Shown: positions 26,108 through 40,320, counted from the first letter of the stretch. The stretch: DNA of 64,000 bases from Octopus sinensis (GCF_006345805.1 NC_043003.1:26598001-26662000); one strand, 5' to 3'. Notes: generated from the letters alone by a model not told the origin. Made by a program: numbers and translations.

Positions 26108-26213
26108 ATTCCTATACGATGCACCGTTTCGTCTACTGTTTAATGGTAAGCTAACCTGATTAAATTAAATCAAGCCAATCTACCATAGGCCCTTAGATTC
26201 ATCAGTAAGGAAT
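26108..26213 (-). ncRNA. Type I hammerhead ribozyme (H1), 1-nt deletion in stem I
   Basis: Minus strand ATTCCTTA-CTGATGA..GAC-GAAACGGTGCATCGTA-TAGGAAT. Confidence 0.65.
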
Positions 26214-26396
26214 AGCCAAATCGGAACAGATATTTTTCACGAGGCATTCACGTCCATGCCTCGCCAATATCTGACCTAAAATTTTCAAATCGTCGCACTC
26301 GCGCCAAATTTATCGGCAGCAAATAAATATAAGCCGCCGATTCCATTACGGAACTAACCAGAAAATTCATAATTAATCAATATAGGCTATTTGGCT

Positions 26397-26503
26397 ATTC
26401 CTTACTGATGAATCTAAGGGCCTATGGTAGATTGGCTTGATTTAATTTAATCAGGTTAGCTTACCATTAAACAGTAGACGAAACGGTGCATCGTATAAGG
26501 AAT
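26397..26503 (+). ncRNA. Type I hammerhead ribozyme (H1)
   Basis: Stem I ATTCCTTA(26397-26404)/TAAGGAAT(26496-26503); CTGATGA 26405-26411; GAAAC 26480-26484; stem III ACGG/TCGT with loop TGCA; predicted cleavage after GUA at 26495. Confidence 0.8.
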
Positions 26504-26837
26504 TTCAGGGTAAATGTTTTTTTAATTTTCTCCTGGTTTACAGAATTAATGTTATTTTGCGGTTGAAGCTTTTTGGCTGTTATTTCTAGTGGGTGAATGG
26601 CCTATTATGGCCGTTCCTTGATTGTGATATTGAACTTAAAAATGGTTTATGACTATTTAAATTTTTTTCCCACTAGGCCGCTGGGGGCCAAAAGAATTCT
26701 ACAAAATTTTTTTGCCTCCCTATATTGATTAAATAATATATATATATATATCTTTTTCCTGAGCGTCCAATATACTTTATTTGTTCCACATCCTCGCGTT
26801 GTTGTCTTTTTGTTTCTTGTTGGATAAACTTTTATAT

Positions 26838-26881
<44 letters not shown>

Positions 26882-27540
26882 TGTATACATTACATATATC
26901 ATATATATATATATAGATATATATATACGTGAAACTCTCAACCTTAAAGTCACTATACATGCATATACTCATGTATTGACTTCTATTTTCCTTTTTTCCT
27001 ATCAAATCTATGTGTATCGTGTGTGTGTGTGTGTGTGTGTGTATCTACACTACATGTGCTTGTTTACATGTATGTATATCAGTATGTATACAAATATGGA
27101 CTCATGCGCGCTCGCACACACACACACACATACACAGGCACAGACACACCCACATACATACACCCACACACATGCAGACACATATAAGGTACATAATATC
27201 GAAAACACGCTATGCACATTAAAGGCGAAAACATTACAACATAACATAACACTTTCCCCCAACGCAATGATATTTGTCTTCCTATGAAACACACATATTT
27301 CTATCCTAGCTTTATGTTCTTTTATTAACCTTTATCAGCCCAGGAAGCGGCTCATTTGCTCCTTTTCATTGATTATAATTATCGGCAATTTCTTTCTATT
27401 TCCTGTCGTAGTTTATTCAATCGTAAATCTTGTTTAGTCAACTGTAAATGATGGCGCCGTCTATTTGGACAGCGAATTACAATATTGAATAAGTTTTAGT
27501 GTTTTGATATTAGTTGTTGAGGAAGCGACGTATATTGTAC

Positions 27541-27660
27541 GGGGCAGGCCGAACTAAGTCGAGCTAGACCGGATTAGGCCGGGCTAGGTCGGGCTGGGCC
27601 GGGCTAGACTGGGTTAAGTCGGACTAGGCCGGGTAAAAGCGGAGCCGGGGCGTGGTTGGG
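27541..27660 (+). repeat. GC-rich ~10-bp minisatellite (GGCCGGGCTA-like) with G-quadruplex motif
   Basis: GGG runs at 27581, 27591, 27596, 27601. Confidence 0.7.
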
Positions 27661-27718
27661 GAAATAAAATGATTGCCTCTTTTTATCGTATAAAGCATAA
27701 TACTGTAAAATGCGATCC

Positions 27719-27805
<87 letters not shown>

Positions 27806-27846
27806 CCTACCTACCTACCTACCTACCTACCTACCTACCTACCTAC

Positions 27847-27893
<47 letters not shown>

Positions 27894-27914
27894 CCTACCT
27901 ACCTACCTACCTAC

Positions 27915-27948
<34 letters not shown>

Positions 27949-28248
27949 GTGTATGTATGAATGTATGTATGTATGTATGTATGTCTGTATGTATGTATGT
28001 ATGTATGTATGTTCTGTTTTTAATTATTTGAAATTTTCCTCTTGGGAAAGAGCTGGTCTCTTACAAAGATACAAGGCTCCATCATTGGAATGTAGACAAT
28101 AAAAACAATGTCACTTTTTAAACTTGAGAAAAGTCTTTCATATTTTTACTGTTCCACTTATAGAGTGTATTTGTAATGTGCGAATTTACTGGTTGATTTT
28201 TTTTTTTCTGAAAATCCTAGCTTAGCCAGATTGTCACATAGGTATTTA

Positions 28249-28770
28249 TCATAAATCCTCGAGTACAATCCGCATCTTTTTCCCAAAATTGAAAGGTCAA
28301 AATCCCTAGGGCGTACTATATACGAGGTTAAAAATGAAAAATATTTTCTAAGCAATGTCCGAGTCTCTATTTGCTGTCCGGCAATGTTTATTCAGACGCA
28401 TTTTGTGATGTTGGGCTCGAAAATACCTTAAGCTAAGTTTGAAAGCAATGAAATCATAAAAGAATCATTCATAACTTGCAGTAAGCAACATTTATTAAAA
28501 TAAAAATATTCAGAACACAGAATAACATGTAACAAAAACAATTTGCAAACATATTTACATTCCCATATAGCAGTTAAGAACATTACCATTATTGTATTAC
28601 GCATGCGCGGCAGGGTTTATTCGACTAGGTGTTGCTGGCTTAATTACGCACGACTCAAGTTAGAGAAGGGGTGCGTATTATACACAAGGTTTAGGTTTTT
28701 CAGAGGTACAGTGCCCTAAAAATCCCCTGCGTATTATACTCAAGGGCGGTCTATACTCGAGGATTTATGG
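28249..28770. mobile_element. Tc1/pogo-type MITE
   Basis: TIRs TCATAAATCCTCGAGTACAATCCGC and GCGGTCTATACTCGAGGATTTATGG; TA on both sides. Confidence 0.75.
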
Positions 28771-29019
28771 TACTCACAAAATAAATGCACCAATTATAAT
28801 TAGTATAACTGTGAATTTATAATCTAGACAGAAGCTGGAGGTTTCGGAGCAGTTGTCTGTAGTTACCCTCTTTCTCTTCGATATTTGAAGAGATGTTCGC
28901 GTCAAGACAACTGACCATTATGACAGTATATATTTTTTCTTGTCTGTCCCAAACAGCATTACTCGGCCTGTTTATGTTTACACTTAACAGAAGTTTTGAT
29001 GGAAATGTTACATGAATAT

Positions 29020-29700
29020 TTCTTGTTTTGGTAAGGTGGCACGCTGGCAGAATCGTTAGCACGCTGGTCAAAATGTTTAGCGACATTTCGTCCGTTTTTA
29101 CGTTCTGAGTTCAAATTCCGCCGAGGTCGATTTTGCCTTTCAGTCTTTCAGGGTACTTTATGGGGAAGGCAGCGAGCTGGCAGAAACGTTAGCACGCCGG
29201 GCGAAATGCTTAGCAGTATTTCGTCTGCCGTTACATTCTGAGTTCAAATTCCACCGAGGTCGACTTTGCCTTTCATCCTTTCGGGGTCGATAAAATAAAG
29301 TACCAGTTACGCACTGGGGTCGATATAATCGACTTAATCCGTTTGTCTGTCCTTGTTTGTCATCACTGTGTTTAGCCCCTTCTAGGTAGTAAAGAAATAG
29401 GTATTTTACCCGTCGCTACGTTCTGAATTCAAATTCCGCTGAAGTCGACTTTGCCTTTCATCCTTTCGTGGTCGATAAATTAAGTACCGAAACACTGGGG
29501 GCAATGAAATCGACTAGTACCTTCCCCCAAAATGTCAGGCCTTGTGCCTATATAGAAAAGAATCGTTAGCACGCTGGGCAAAATGTTTAGCGACATTTCG
29601 TCCGTCTTTACGCTCTTGGTTCAAATTCCGCCGTGGTCGACTTTGCCTTTCATCCTTTCAGAGTCGCTAAAATAAATACCAGTTAATCACTAGGATTGAT
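29020..29700 (+). mobile_element. Cluster of SINE family B copies
   Basis: Several GCTGGCAGAA..GTTAGCACG heads and CTTTCATCCTTTCGGGGTCGATAA cores. Confidence 0.8.
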
Positions 29701-30227
29701 GTAAGGAGCCCCCGTCGGTTGCTAATCAAATCATATTTTTTTACCCATGGACCCTTTTGGTTTCTATTTTACTCAGGTGGACCCTTATAGCCATTCGATA
29801 TTTAAAAAATCCTATTATTAGGAACTATATTAAAAATTAAATTGTTAAAATTTTTTGCGTATTGCAGAAGTACAACCAGTTTATTGCGCATAACTTTTAA
29901 CAACAAATCTTATAACGGACCCCACTAGGGCTCACATGGACCCCAGTTGAGAATCACTGGCCTAACTAGTGGGACAGCATTAATCGAAAGCTACGACAAC
30001 GCGAAGAAATGCATTGTGACCAGCGGTGTATAAAACAATCCGATAAGGTGGTTGGACGGTCGATACAGTGGCTGTGTGGTAAGAAGCTTGCTTCCCGACC
30101 ACATGGTTCTGAGTTCAGTCCCACTGTGTGACACTTTGGGCAAGTGTCTTCTACTATAGCCCCGTGCCGACCGAAGCCTTGTGAGAGGATTTGGTAGATG
30201 GAAACTGAAAGAAACCCGTCGTATATA

Positions 30228-30462
30228 CAATAATCCCTCGATTATCGCGGCTGTTACGTTCCAAAAACCTCTCGCGATAGGTGAAAATCCGCGAAGTAGA
30301 AACCGTACTGTACTATATTTTTATTATTTTTTTATAATCTGTATATATTTATTTTATTATAAATGCAAAACAGCACAATAAAGGGAATCGATGTAAGCTT
30401 AAATAATATACTGCGCTAGGTGAACCGCGATAGGTGAACCGTGATATGGTGGGGGATTACTG
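30228..30462. mobile_element. Tigger-like MITE nested in a SINE C copy
   Basis: TIRs CAATAATCCCTCGATTATCGCGG and CCGTGATATGGTGGGGGATTACTG; TA target duplication; interrupts SINE 30066-30690. Confidence 0.75.
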
Positions 30463-30975
30463 TATATATATATGCGTGTGTATGTGTTTGTCCCACCATC
30501 ACCACTTGACAACCGATGTTTGTGTGTTTACGTCCTTGTAACTTTATGGTTCGGTAAAAGAGACCGATAGAATAAGTACCAGGCTTAAGGAATCAGTCCT
30601 AGGTTCAATTTGTTCGACTAAAAAAATACCCTTCAAGGTGGTGCTCTAGCATGACCGCAGTCAAATGACTGAAACAAGTAAAGGAAATAAAAGAAATATA
30701 TCTTGGAAATGTAGAGGCTTCGAGAAGATGTGACATATTTCGCTTAAATTGTGAGTTTCGAAATGGTACAACTATAGATGATAACATGCAATATATTGGT
30801 TAAAAAAAAAACCATTGACAGAGAGAAAAAAAAGTCGAAGTCTATCTACAGGACGCGAACCCCTGTCCTTCCCTACCGTTTGATTTTTTATCCATCCAGG
30901 GCTTTTTTTTTGTGTAACCCACTATATAACATGATATTATGCATAAACTCTACCCGCTTCGAGGCGCACTCTTAA

Positions 30976-31334
30976 TCTCTTATATAAAATCCGTTTTGTC
31001 TGTGGCTTCTAGGATCTCGGGCATCCTCCATCCGATTGCGCTGAAATTTGATATGTAGATACAGACGGTATCAGGGTGTGTATAAGTCTTGAAAAAATTA
31101 CAAAAATCGATTCCAGGTGGGAATGCGATCGACAAAGCCGTGGGAAATCGTTTTTCTTTGGAATAGAAAAAAAGTTTATCGTTATTTGTTCTTTTGCTGG
31201 TGTCTCAAATTTAGGTTAAATCAGTGTTTCCCAAAGGGGAGGCCTATGGGATGGTCGGACAAGTTGTTTTGAGAAAATTTGGTTTAAATGTTTGACAACT
31301 CAGCACCGTCCATTGGACGGGGGTCGTTTTGCTC
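30976..31334 (+). mobile_element. Non-autonomous Helitron-like element
   Basis: 5' A|TCTCTTATATAAAAT; 3' hairpin CCGTCC-ATT-GGACGG (31306-31320) followed 10 nt later by CTCG|T (CTAG variant); no TSD. Confidence 0.55.
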
Positions 31335-31589
31335 GTCGTACATATGCAGGTAGGCACAGGCATGATTGTGTCGATAAGAAGCTTGATTTTCCAGCCATGT
31401 AGTTTTAGATTCAGTTCCACTGCGCATCAAATTGGGCCAATCGCTTCATCTATAGGCCAGGACCGACCAAAGCATTGTGAGCGGATTTGGTAGATGTCTT
31501 TTGAGGATGCCTCTTTCAATGGCTCTTTCTTCTAACTTTTTTTTACTTTACTTTTCAGATAAATAATATCAGACTCCAGTTTGACTCAG

Positions 31590-32270
31590 CAAATGAAAGG
31601 GCACACTGTAATCGCTGCCTTAAATGTGCAACATAGTGATACAGAGATGGCTCGCTTCCTGTAAGTTGCCCGAACCTTCGTTGTGAAAGTTCGAAATGAG
31701 CTGGAAACTTCTGACAGGGATTCAACAGCAACAGTTAAAGGTGGAAAGCATATATAGGATCCTAATGTCACCAAAGCGCATAAATTTGCACAAAGAGTCT
31801 AAGAAATAATCGAGAAAATCCCAAGAAAGTCAATCAAAGTCATTGCAAAGGACCTCAATGTTTCAGAATGCACCACCAGAAGAGCTGTGCATGAGAATAT
31901 CTGGTAAAAGTCGTATGTGATGTGAGACGGTCAGTTTATAACAGCTGTGAAAAGAAAAAAAACTTCGTTCGATCCGTGCAAAGCGCTTGCTAAACAAGTT
32001 AAAACATCACGAAGCTGGAATGCTTTGGGTTTTTTTTCTCCAATGAGAAAAATTTCGATCAGGACCAAAATGTAAACCGATAGGACGACAGATGGTAGGT
32101 TATTCAGAGGAGTTGGAAAAAGTTGTCAGGCCCTGGAGAGACAGAGCACGCAACAGATCATACCTCTTCCAACAAGACTCTACAGTGTCTCATGAGGCAA
32201 GGACAACCCAAGCGTGGAAGCATGCCAATTTCCATGATCATGTTCTAGACACATAGCCTCCTAGCTCCTA
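31590..32270 (+). mobile_element. Degenerate maT/DD37D-like (Tc1/mariner superfamily) transposase relic
   Basis: Fragments read ..KSIKVIAKDLNVSECTTRRAVHENI.. and ..FFSNEKNFDQDQNVNR*DDRW.. with stops and frameshifts. Confidence 0.7.
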
Positions 32271-32397
32271 GCTACTAGTTTGTTTGCGGCTCCGTAACTT
32301 ATGAGCTCAGGAAAATAGTCCGATGGAATAGGTAGCAGACTTCAGATTTAAGTACTGGTCTCAATTTGTGTGCGTGTATATATATATATATATGTGT

Positions 32398-32441
<44 letters not shown>

Positions 32442-34153
32442 TATAGATCAAGAAAACGGATAAAAGCTGTGACATCTACTGCGGGTTTCGAACGGTGCGT
32501 CAGCTGTAAATCGCAGAGCCGCGTTAGCTATTACATCAAAGCAACGTCACATCTTTTGAGTACCTAAATTAGCACTTAAATTAAGTAGCTACACAATATA
32601 CACACACACACACACATACACACACACACACACCACACACACACACACACACACACCACACACACACACACACACATACACACAATCACCTTTGATATAT
32701 CATACTGTCCTTGATATTTCGCTAAAAATATTTTCCCATTGATGTCTAAATATGGTTGTAGTGTTTTTTAGATGATGTTGTTTGGTGTAAGGGGATCCCA
32801 CTTATAGTTAAGGCGCTTGTACTGGTTGCGGTAGCGGTAGTGGCAGAATGGGAGAAGTGGTAGAGGTGGTGGTTCGTGTTGTTTTTGTAGAAGTGTATGT
32901 TTACATCACGAAAACGTAGAAGTTTCGAGATGTGACATACATCACTCGAAGTGGTACAGCTATAAACGATAACACGCAATATAGTAGCTTAAAGAACACT
33001 TGGGCAGACGGTTGTTGTGGTGATGGTGGTAGTGGATGTACTGTTAGTTGTTGGCGTGGTGGTGGTGGTGGTGGTGTGGTTGTTTTTGTGACGTACACAA
33101 GCAAGTACGTGGAGGCGCAATGGCCCAGTAGTTAGGGCAGCGGACTTGCGGTTTCGATTCCAAGACCTGGCGTTTTTTGTGTTTATTGAGCGAAAACACC
33201 TAAAGCTCCACGAGGCTCCGGCAGGGGGTGATTGTGACCCCTGTTGTACTCTTTCGCCCCAACTTTCTCTCATTCTCTCTTCCTGCTTCTTGAGTAACAC
33301 TGCGATGGATTGGCATCACGTCCAGCTGGGGGGGGGGGGCAGATACGTCACAGAAACCGGGAAACCGGGCCCATGAGCCTGGCTAGGCTTGAAAAGGGCG
33401 CATAAATAAATAAATAACATAAAGAAGTACACAAAATATTTCCGAAGCAGGTGACTGAAGGCGATTTGTTGTACCCATCACTACTCTTTTTTCTACTGGT
33501 TAAGAATACATTTGGCAAATAAAAGGACTCCGTACTACCGATTTTCTCCCCAAAACAGGGATAACGGCGGCCCGTCGGAGAAATGTGGCCCGTGAGGTGG
33601 AGTGGTTGCTATAGCGAGTACCGTTGGTCAATTCGTGGCAATGCCACCGCGGTCATTACTGCAGGGCGCGGCTGAGAACCACAATTGTTCTGAGGCATGT
33701 GGACCATCACTCCATCACCCTCCATCTTTCGCTTCTTCACCCCTCCATTCTTCCCCCTTTTCTTTCTTTCCTGTTTCTTTACAAAACAAATTATTGCCAT
33801 CATTGGAATTTGCCTCAATATCATGAGAATTTATGCTTAAGTTCCACAATTTCTTTCTATTGTCTTGGTCCAAAAAGAGACTTCTTTATGTTGTCATTTT
33901 ATTTACGATTTTTAAGACAGATTTGCCATTCAAAAACACACAAGGACTGGTAACATCATTTAAGCATTTCTTTTTTGGTGCCAATATTTTTGTCGCACCA
34001 GCTGCGACCTGGTCACTGACGCGAATGTTTAAAAGAAGTTAAGTTTTCGTGTGTTTTTGATTGGCTAATATGTCTCTTCCGCACTGCAACTCTTTTAGAT
34101 GCAACGCACTGCCTCACCTCTCTCTCTCTCCCTCCCTCCCCCTCTCTCTCTCT

Positions 34154-34201
<48 letters not shown>

Positions 34202-34265
34202 CACACATATATACGGAAGGTAATTTTCTGATTCCTCAACAGAGTATAGATATACATACATACAA

Positions 34266-34321
<56 letters not shown>

Positions 34322-34533
34322 TATATACGCTCGCACACATCATAAATACATACGTATTACATATCTATATCGATTTATCTGTTTGTCAGACGTGCCGTCT
34401 CTACACACATGCAATTACACACACATACATACATACATACATACATACCTACATACATACATAATACATACATACATATATGCATACATACATATATAAT
34501 ATATAATATATGTGTGTGTGTCTGTGTGTGTGT

Positions 34534-34633
34534 NNNNNNNNNNNNNNNNNNNNNNNNNNNNNNNNNNNNNNNNNNNNNNNNNNNNNNNNNNNNNNNNNNN
34601 NNNNNNNNNNNNNNNNNNNNNNNNNNNNNNNNN
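34534..34633. other. Assembly gap (100 N)
   Basis: Direct reading. Confidence 1.
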
Positions 34634-36417
34634 AAAACAGACACACTCTCACACACACGCGCATATATATGTATAGATATACATATATACGACGGGCTTC
34701 TTTCAGTTTCCGTCTACCAAATCCATTGACAAGGCTTTGGTCGGCCCGAGCCTATAGTTGAAGGCACTTCCCGAAGGTGCCACGCTATGGGACTGAACCC
34801 GGAACCATATGTTTGGCAAGCAAGCTACTTACCACACAGTCACTCCTGCGCTGCCTATGTATACATATATGCATGTATTTGTATATGTGTAAATATATAT
34901 ATATATGTATATGTATATGTGTACGTATATATGCGTGTATATATGTATGCTTGTATATATGTATGTATTGTGTGTATGTATGTACGCATGCATGTACCTA
35001 TGTGACAGTTGAACTTGTGGTGATCCGCTGTTATATTTCCTCCTTCGTTAACGGCCGTGAATCCTTTGTCTTTTCTCTTCTCATTATTCACCCTCATCAC
35101 TATGTCCCAGACAGTTAATTTGAAACTGATAACTGTATTATCGTAACGTGTCTAGCCTCAACACAACACCTCTATATCATCGTCGACGCCGAATCCACCC
35201 TCACCAGTACCAGCACCTTCCTAATTTTCCCACTTCTTACCCCACTCCCCATCACCAACACCACTAATTCCATTATCACCACCACCACCACCACCATAAC
35301 ACTATCACTACTATCATTACTACTATTACCACCACCATCACCACCATCACCACCGTCACCACAACCATCATCACCACCACTTGTTCCACTCTTATTCCTA
35401 ATACTATCCAAGTAAGGAGCCTCCACGTGGTCGTTGAGTAGGCTAGAAATAATGACTATCTCTTCAAACACGTTATCATCTTTATATACAAAGGAAAACG
35501 AAGGATATTTTCAAAAAGGGACTAGAAGAAAAACACAGTTTTCTGATATTTAACTGGTTACTGTTTCAATTGCATACACGGAGTTTATTACTCCCCTGCA
35601 GGCTTATCACAATATTTGTTTCAAACTTTGGCACAAGGCCAGCAACTCCCGAGAAATTGGGGGAGACAATTACATCGACCGCAGTGTTCAACTTGTACAT
35701 ATTTTATCGATTCCGAAAAGATGTAAGGCAAAGACTACCTCGGCGGGATTTGAACTCAGAACGTAAAGACGGAGGAAATGCCTCTAAGCCTTTTCCCCGG
35801 CGTGCTAACGATTCTGCCAGTTCACTGCCTTAGGCTTACCGTAACATTGGTGAATGTATTGGTCACCTGGGACGAATTTTCTCTGGATATGTAATTTGAA
35901 TAGTCCTAAAATGGCCGAAACGCTTCCAACATCTTCATGCGTCACTGCTGTGATGCCTCACTCTGATATATATTGTCTTTTTAACACATGTCTATGAAAA
36001 GATTTTCTCTCAGCCAAAAATAACAGCATCATGCATTTCTATGGTGTATATACGTTAAATATGGTACACATGTGGCTATTTTAATTTAATGTTATTTTAT
36101 TTACTTGCACCGAGTCTGCAACGTTTGTTCTACAGGAAAAAGTGAATGAGTGAATGATTTAGTAATAGCGAAATTGTGCAGCCGAAAGTAAAGAACAAAT
36201 ATTTAAAATGGCACTTATATTCATGGAGAAATAAATTTTGACGGAACGAGAATGTTTTGGAAAAGAATGCCCAAATAAACATTTTTAGAGGAGGAATATA
36301 ATATAATTGCTACAGGAAGTTATAGCGGTCGTAGCAGGAATCACTCAACTTTGTTTAGACCGAAGAATACAACAATGCATGATGGGATTGTAAGAGAATT
36401 GCTTGAGTCGAAGGGTA

Positions 36418-37724
36418 CGAGCGTCGGCTGAAAGGTTCATAGGCTAACCAAGACACCCTCATAGAATGTGTCCAAATGAAGTTTATTTTTCAACATAGTA
36501 CCCCTTGCGACCCACTCTTTTTCCATCAGTGTTACAATGCATGGATTCCATCGGTGAAGAAGCTTTCATCCTGATGGTAAAAAATGTCATCAACCGCAGA
36601 TAAAACGTCATCAGTAGCAGATATGATGTCATCATTACAACGGTGCTAGTTCTCAGCCAAGTGTTTGCTTCATATTGGGGAATAGATGATAGTCAGAAGG
36701 GGTCAAATCAGGAGAATAGCAAAGGAGACCAACCAGCTCAAACCCACTGTTCCGCACAGCAGCCATTAAAACCAAAAACTTGTGTGCTGGAGCAATGTCC
36801 TGAGAAAACAAGATCCCTTTCTTTAGTTTCCCTGAGGGTTGGTCTTGATAGCCCTTTGTAACTGCCTCAGCAAGCTGGCATAGTACTCTTTATTGATGGC
36901 TTGGTCCGTTTGAAAATAGTCAATAAACACAATGCCTTTTGAATCCAAAAAAAAAAGCTGAGGCCGTCATCTTCTCTGCAGATAAAACGACCTTGACTTC
37001 CTTTGCAGGTGAGTAGGCGAGAAGGAGTGTTTCCACTGCATTGATTGTCTCTTTGTCCCCGGCTGAAAATGATGAAGCCAACCCTCTTCATGGGCTAGAA
37101 GACGTTCAAGGAAAACAGCTGGATCTGCTTCAATTAATGTCATATTTTCCTGTGATGTCATAAGCCTGGTGTGCTTTTGATCTGCCCACCGAGCAGAAAC
37201 CTTCGTCATGCCAAGTTCATTGTGGAGAATATTCTGAACTCACTCGCGGGACAAGCTATAGCATTGACTATATGATTTATAGTCTATCACCTGTCATACA
37301 TCTCCATATAATGAACATAATCAATGTTTTCCTCAGTGGTGGAAGCTGCAAGACGTCTAGACCTTGGGTGATCTTCAAAACTCATCCTTCGCTTCCGAAA
37401 TTCAGGTGCCCACTTTTGCACTGTTGATAAAGCTGGATCGTCACCCCCTAATGTAGCCACCACGTCAGCTTAAATGTCTTTGGGGGTTAAACACTTTTTC
37501 TGCAGGTACTTGATAACCCACGATGCTAAATATTGTCCATTTCCTAAAGAAGTCGCAAAAAGTTACGCGTACATTTGAATTCTTTGAACAGTCAGATATC
37601 AGATTCTCTAAAAGGAATCAATGCAGTTACAAATAAGAAGCGATGAAATTAATGCATGTAAGATTTCACAGCTCCAGCATCTCTCCTTCATAGTCAGCCT
37701 ATGGACTTTTCAGCTCAACTTCCG
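36418..37724 (-). mobile_element. Full-length-size (~1.3 kb) degenerate mariner element
   Basis: TIRs CGAGCGTCGGCTGAAAGGTTCATAGGCTAAC and GTCAGCCTATGGACTTTTCAGCTCAACTTCCG; TA at 36416-36417; minus-strand KVSARW..FLERLLAHEEGWLHHFQPGTKRQSMQWKH, the mariner DE-W motif. Confidence 0.85.
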
Positions 37725-37739
37725 TGAGCACCGCCAGCA

Positions 37740-37920
37740 ATTTTTTTTCCTCTGTCTTCCCTTCTCGGGATCTTTCATTCTCCTTTGTTTCCGATGAAGA
37801 GCTTAGCTCGAAACGTTAAACCCTCCTTCCCTTCTTTCCTGAGCGTCCAATAATACTTTATTTGTTCCACGTCCTCGCGTTGCTGTGTTTTTTTGTGTTT
37901 TCTTGTTTGGATTAACTATA
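37740..37920 (+). mobile_element. Family H2 Penelope-type repeat with variant hammerhead core
   Basis: GTTT-CCGATGA-A-GAGC-TTA-GCTC-GAAAC-GTT-AAAC at 37787-37821. Confidence 0.6.
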
Positions 37921-38228
37921 TATATAAAGAAAACGGAAAATGGAGAAGTACTGATTAACAAAAATTGACTTGCATCAATTATTATTTATAAATTTTTAAT
38001 ATAAACATGTATCCCATCCAAGTCTAATAATCCACTGTGAGCACGATTTCGTTTTCGGATATAAAGTACTAACAAGTGAAATTTTTATCTTCTACAAATT
38101 TTTTTTATTAGTCCTTAACTCATAAACGAGTCAAAAAACAGTTGTACTATACACGGAGTATTGTCTCCGTTAAAAATTCTTTTATACATGTGTGTGTATA
38201 TATATATGTATATATACATGTATATATA

Positions 38229-38283
<55 letters not shown>

Positions 38284-38689
38284 TTCGTAAGCAAGATACT
38301 TACCACACAGCCGCTCCTACGCCTATATAGATGAGTTCTAATTTAAAAAATGTACCGAGAATGGTGCTATGGTAACGAAGCCAAAAAAAAAAGCCGCTTG
38401 GCACACGTTGACCTTGAAATCAGTCGCACATGCACATTAAGTTATAACGTTCTCGCTGTATTCTCGTTGTTTATAAACAACGAGAATGAGCAGTGCTTGG
38501 AAGTAAAGTGTGTGGAGTGTGGTCGTCTCCAAAAGAAGATTGAGCTTCAGCTGCGCAGGATCTCCCCGTTTGTGTCGAGGAAGGCAATGGCTTTATGAAA
38601 ACGGTCATAAGAGATAACTTCCCAACGTGTGTCGAATCGTGAGCCGGATATCCTAACCACTCAACCACGCGTCTTCACAAAACACACAC

Positions 38690-39000
38690 ACACACACAAA
38701 TGGACGCATATACTCACAACAGAAAATATATTACACACCAACACATACACACAAAGATACACGCACAAACGCACACACATACAGACACAGAAAATATATT
38801 ACACACCAACACATACACATACACACACGCACAAACGCACACACATATAGACACAGAAAATATATTACACACCAACACATACACATATACACACACACAC
38901 AAACGCACACACATATACACACACAGAAAATATTTTACACATCAACACATACACACACACGCACACTGAAAGGATATTACACACACACATACACGCACTC
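38690..39000. repeat. ~60-bp CA-rich minisatellite (ACACAGAAAATATATTACACACCAACACATACAC..) x4-5
   Basis: Direct reading. Confidence 0.85.
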
Positions 39001-39724
39001 ACATGTATACATATACACACGCTGAGGGGATATTACAAAATGGACACTTAGTTTATACTGTGATATCTATTGGTCGAGGGTGTAGAGAAGTGGACAGAAG
39101 GGGTACCGATGGGAAGCAGAGGGAACAGACAATAGGGAGACAGGATGACAGCGAGAGATAAGATATATATGTATGAAGGAGCGAGAGAAAGAAAAAGAGA
39201 GTGGTATGGGTGGTGTGGTAAGAAATAGATACATATTCACAGACATATATGCGACCAGACAGACAGACAGACAGACTAGCACACACAAAAGCGTGCGTTC
39301 ACGCACATATAGTATTGTATGTGTGCGTGTACATATACATGCATACAAGCAGACATGCATGCATGCATACATACATACATACACACATACATACATACAT
39401 ACATCCATCCATTCATACATACATACATACATACATACATACATACATACATACATACATACGCGCATACATATATTCATATATATATATATATATATAA
39501 TTAATCAATATAGGGTGGCAAAAAAATTTTGTAGAATTTTTTTGCCACCAGCGGCCTAGTGGGAAAAAATTAAATAGTCATAGACCATTTTTAAGTTCAA
39601 CATCACAATCAAGGAACGGCCATAATAGGCCATACACCCACTAGAAATAACAGCCAAAAGCTTTAACCGCAAAATAACATCAATTCCGTAAACCAGGAGA
39701 AAATTAAAAAACATTTACCCTGTA

Positions 39725-39830
39725 ATTTCTTATACGATGCACCGTTTCGTCTACTGTTTAATGGTAAACTACCTGATTAAATTAAATCAAGCCAATCTAC
39801 CATAGGCCCTTAGATTCATCAGTAAGAAAT
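39725..39830 (-). ncRNA. Type I hammerhead ribozyme (H1, unit 1)
   Basis: Minus strand ATTTCTTA-CTGATGA..GAC-GAAACGGTGCATCGTA-TAAGAAAT; predicted cut between 39733 and 39732. Confidence 0.8.
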
Positions 39831-40213
39831 AGCCAAGTCGGAACAGATATTTTTCACGAGGCATTCCCGTCCCTGCCTCGGCAATATCTGACCTAAAATT
39901 TTCAAATCATCGCACTCGCGCCAAATTTATCGGCAGCAAATAAATATAAGCCGCCGATTCCATTACGGAATTAACCAGAAAATTCATAATTAATCAATAT
40001 AGGGTGGCAAAAAAATTTTGTAGAATTTTTTTGCCACCAGCGGCCTAGTGGGAAAAAATTAAATAGTCATAGACCATTTTTAAGTTCAACATCACAATCA
40101 AGGAACGGCCATAATAGGCCATACACCCACTAGAAATAACAGCCAAAAGCTTTAACCGCAAAATAACATCAATTCCGTAAACCAGGAGAAAATTAAAAAA
40201 CATTTACCCTGTA

Positions 40214-40320
40214 ATTTCTTATACGATGCACCGTTTCGTCTACTGTTTAATGGTAAACTAACCTGATTAAATTAAATCAAGCCAATCTACCATAGGCCCT
40301 TAGATTCATCAGTAAGAAAT
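40214..40320 (-). ncRNA. Type I hammerhead ribozyme (H1, unit 2)
   Basis: Same core as unit 1; predicted cut between 40222 and 40221. Confidence 0.8.

Noticed and set aside
33108-33180. tRNA genes at the SINE heads (also 1-50, 12510-12560, 45593-45670, 61441-61520)
   Set aside because: A/B boxes are present but there is no complete cloverleaf or acceptor stem, and each runs into a SINE body.
35890-35930. GGCCGAAACGC half-hammerhead
   Set aside because: The upstream core is degenerate (TTGAATA); at best a fossil.
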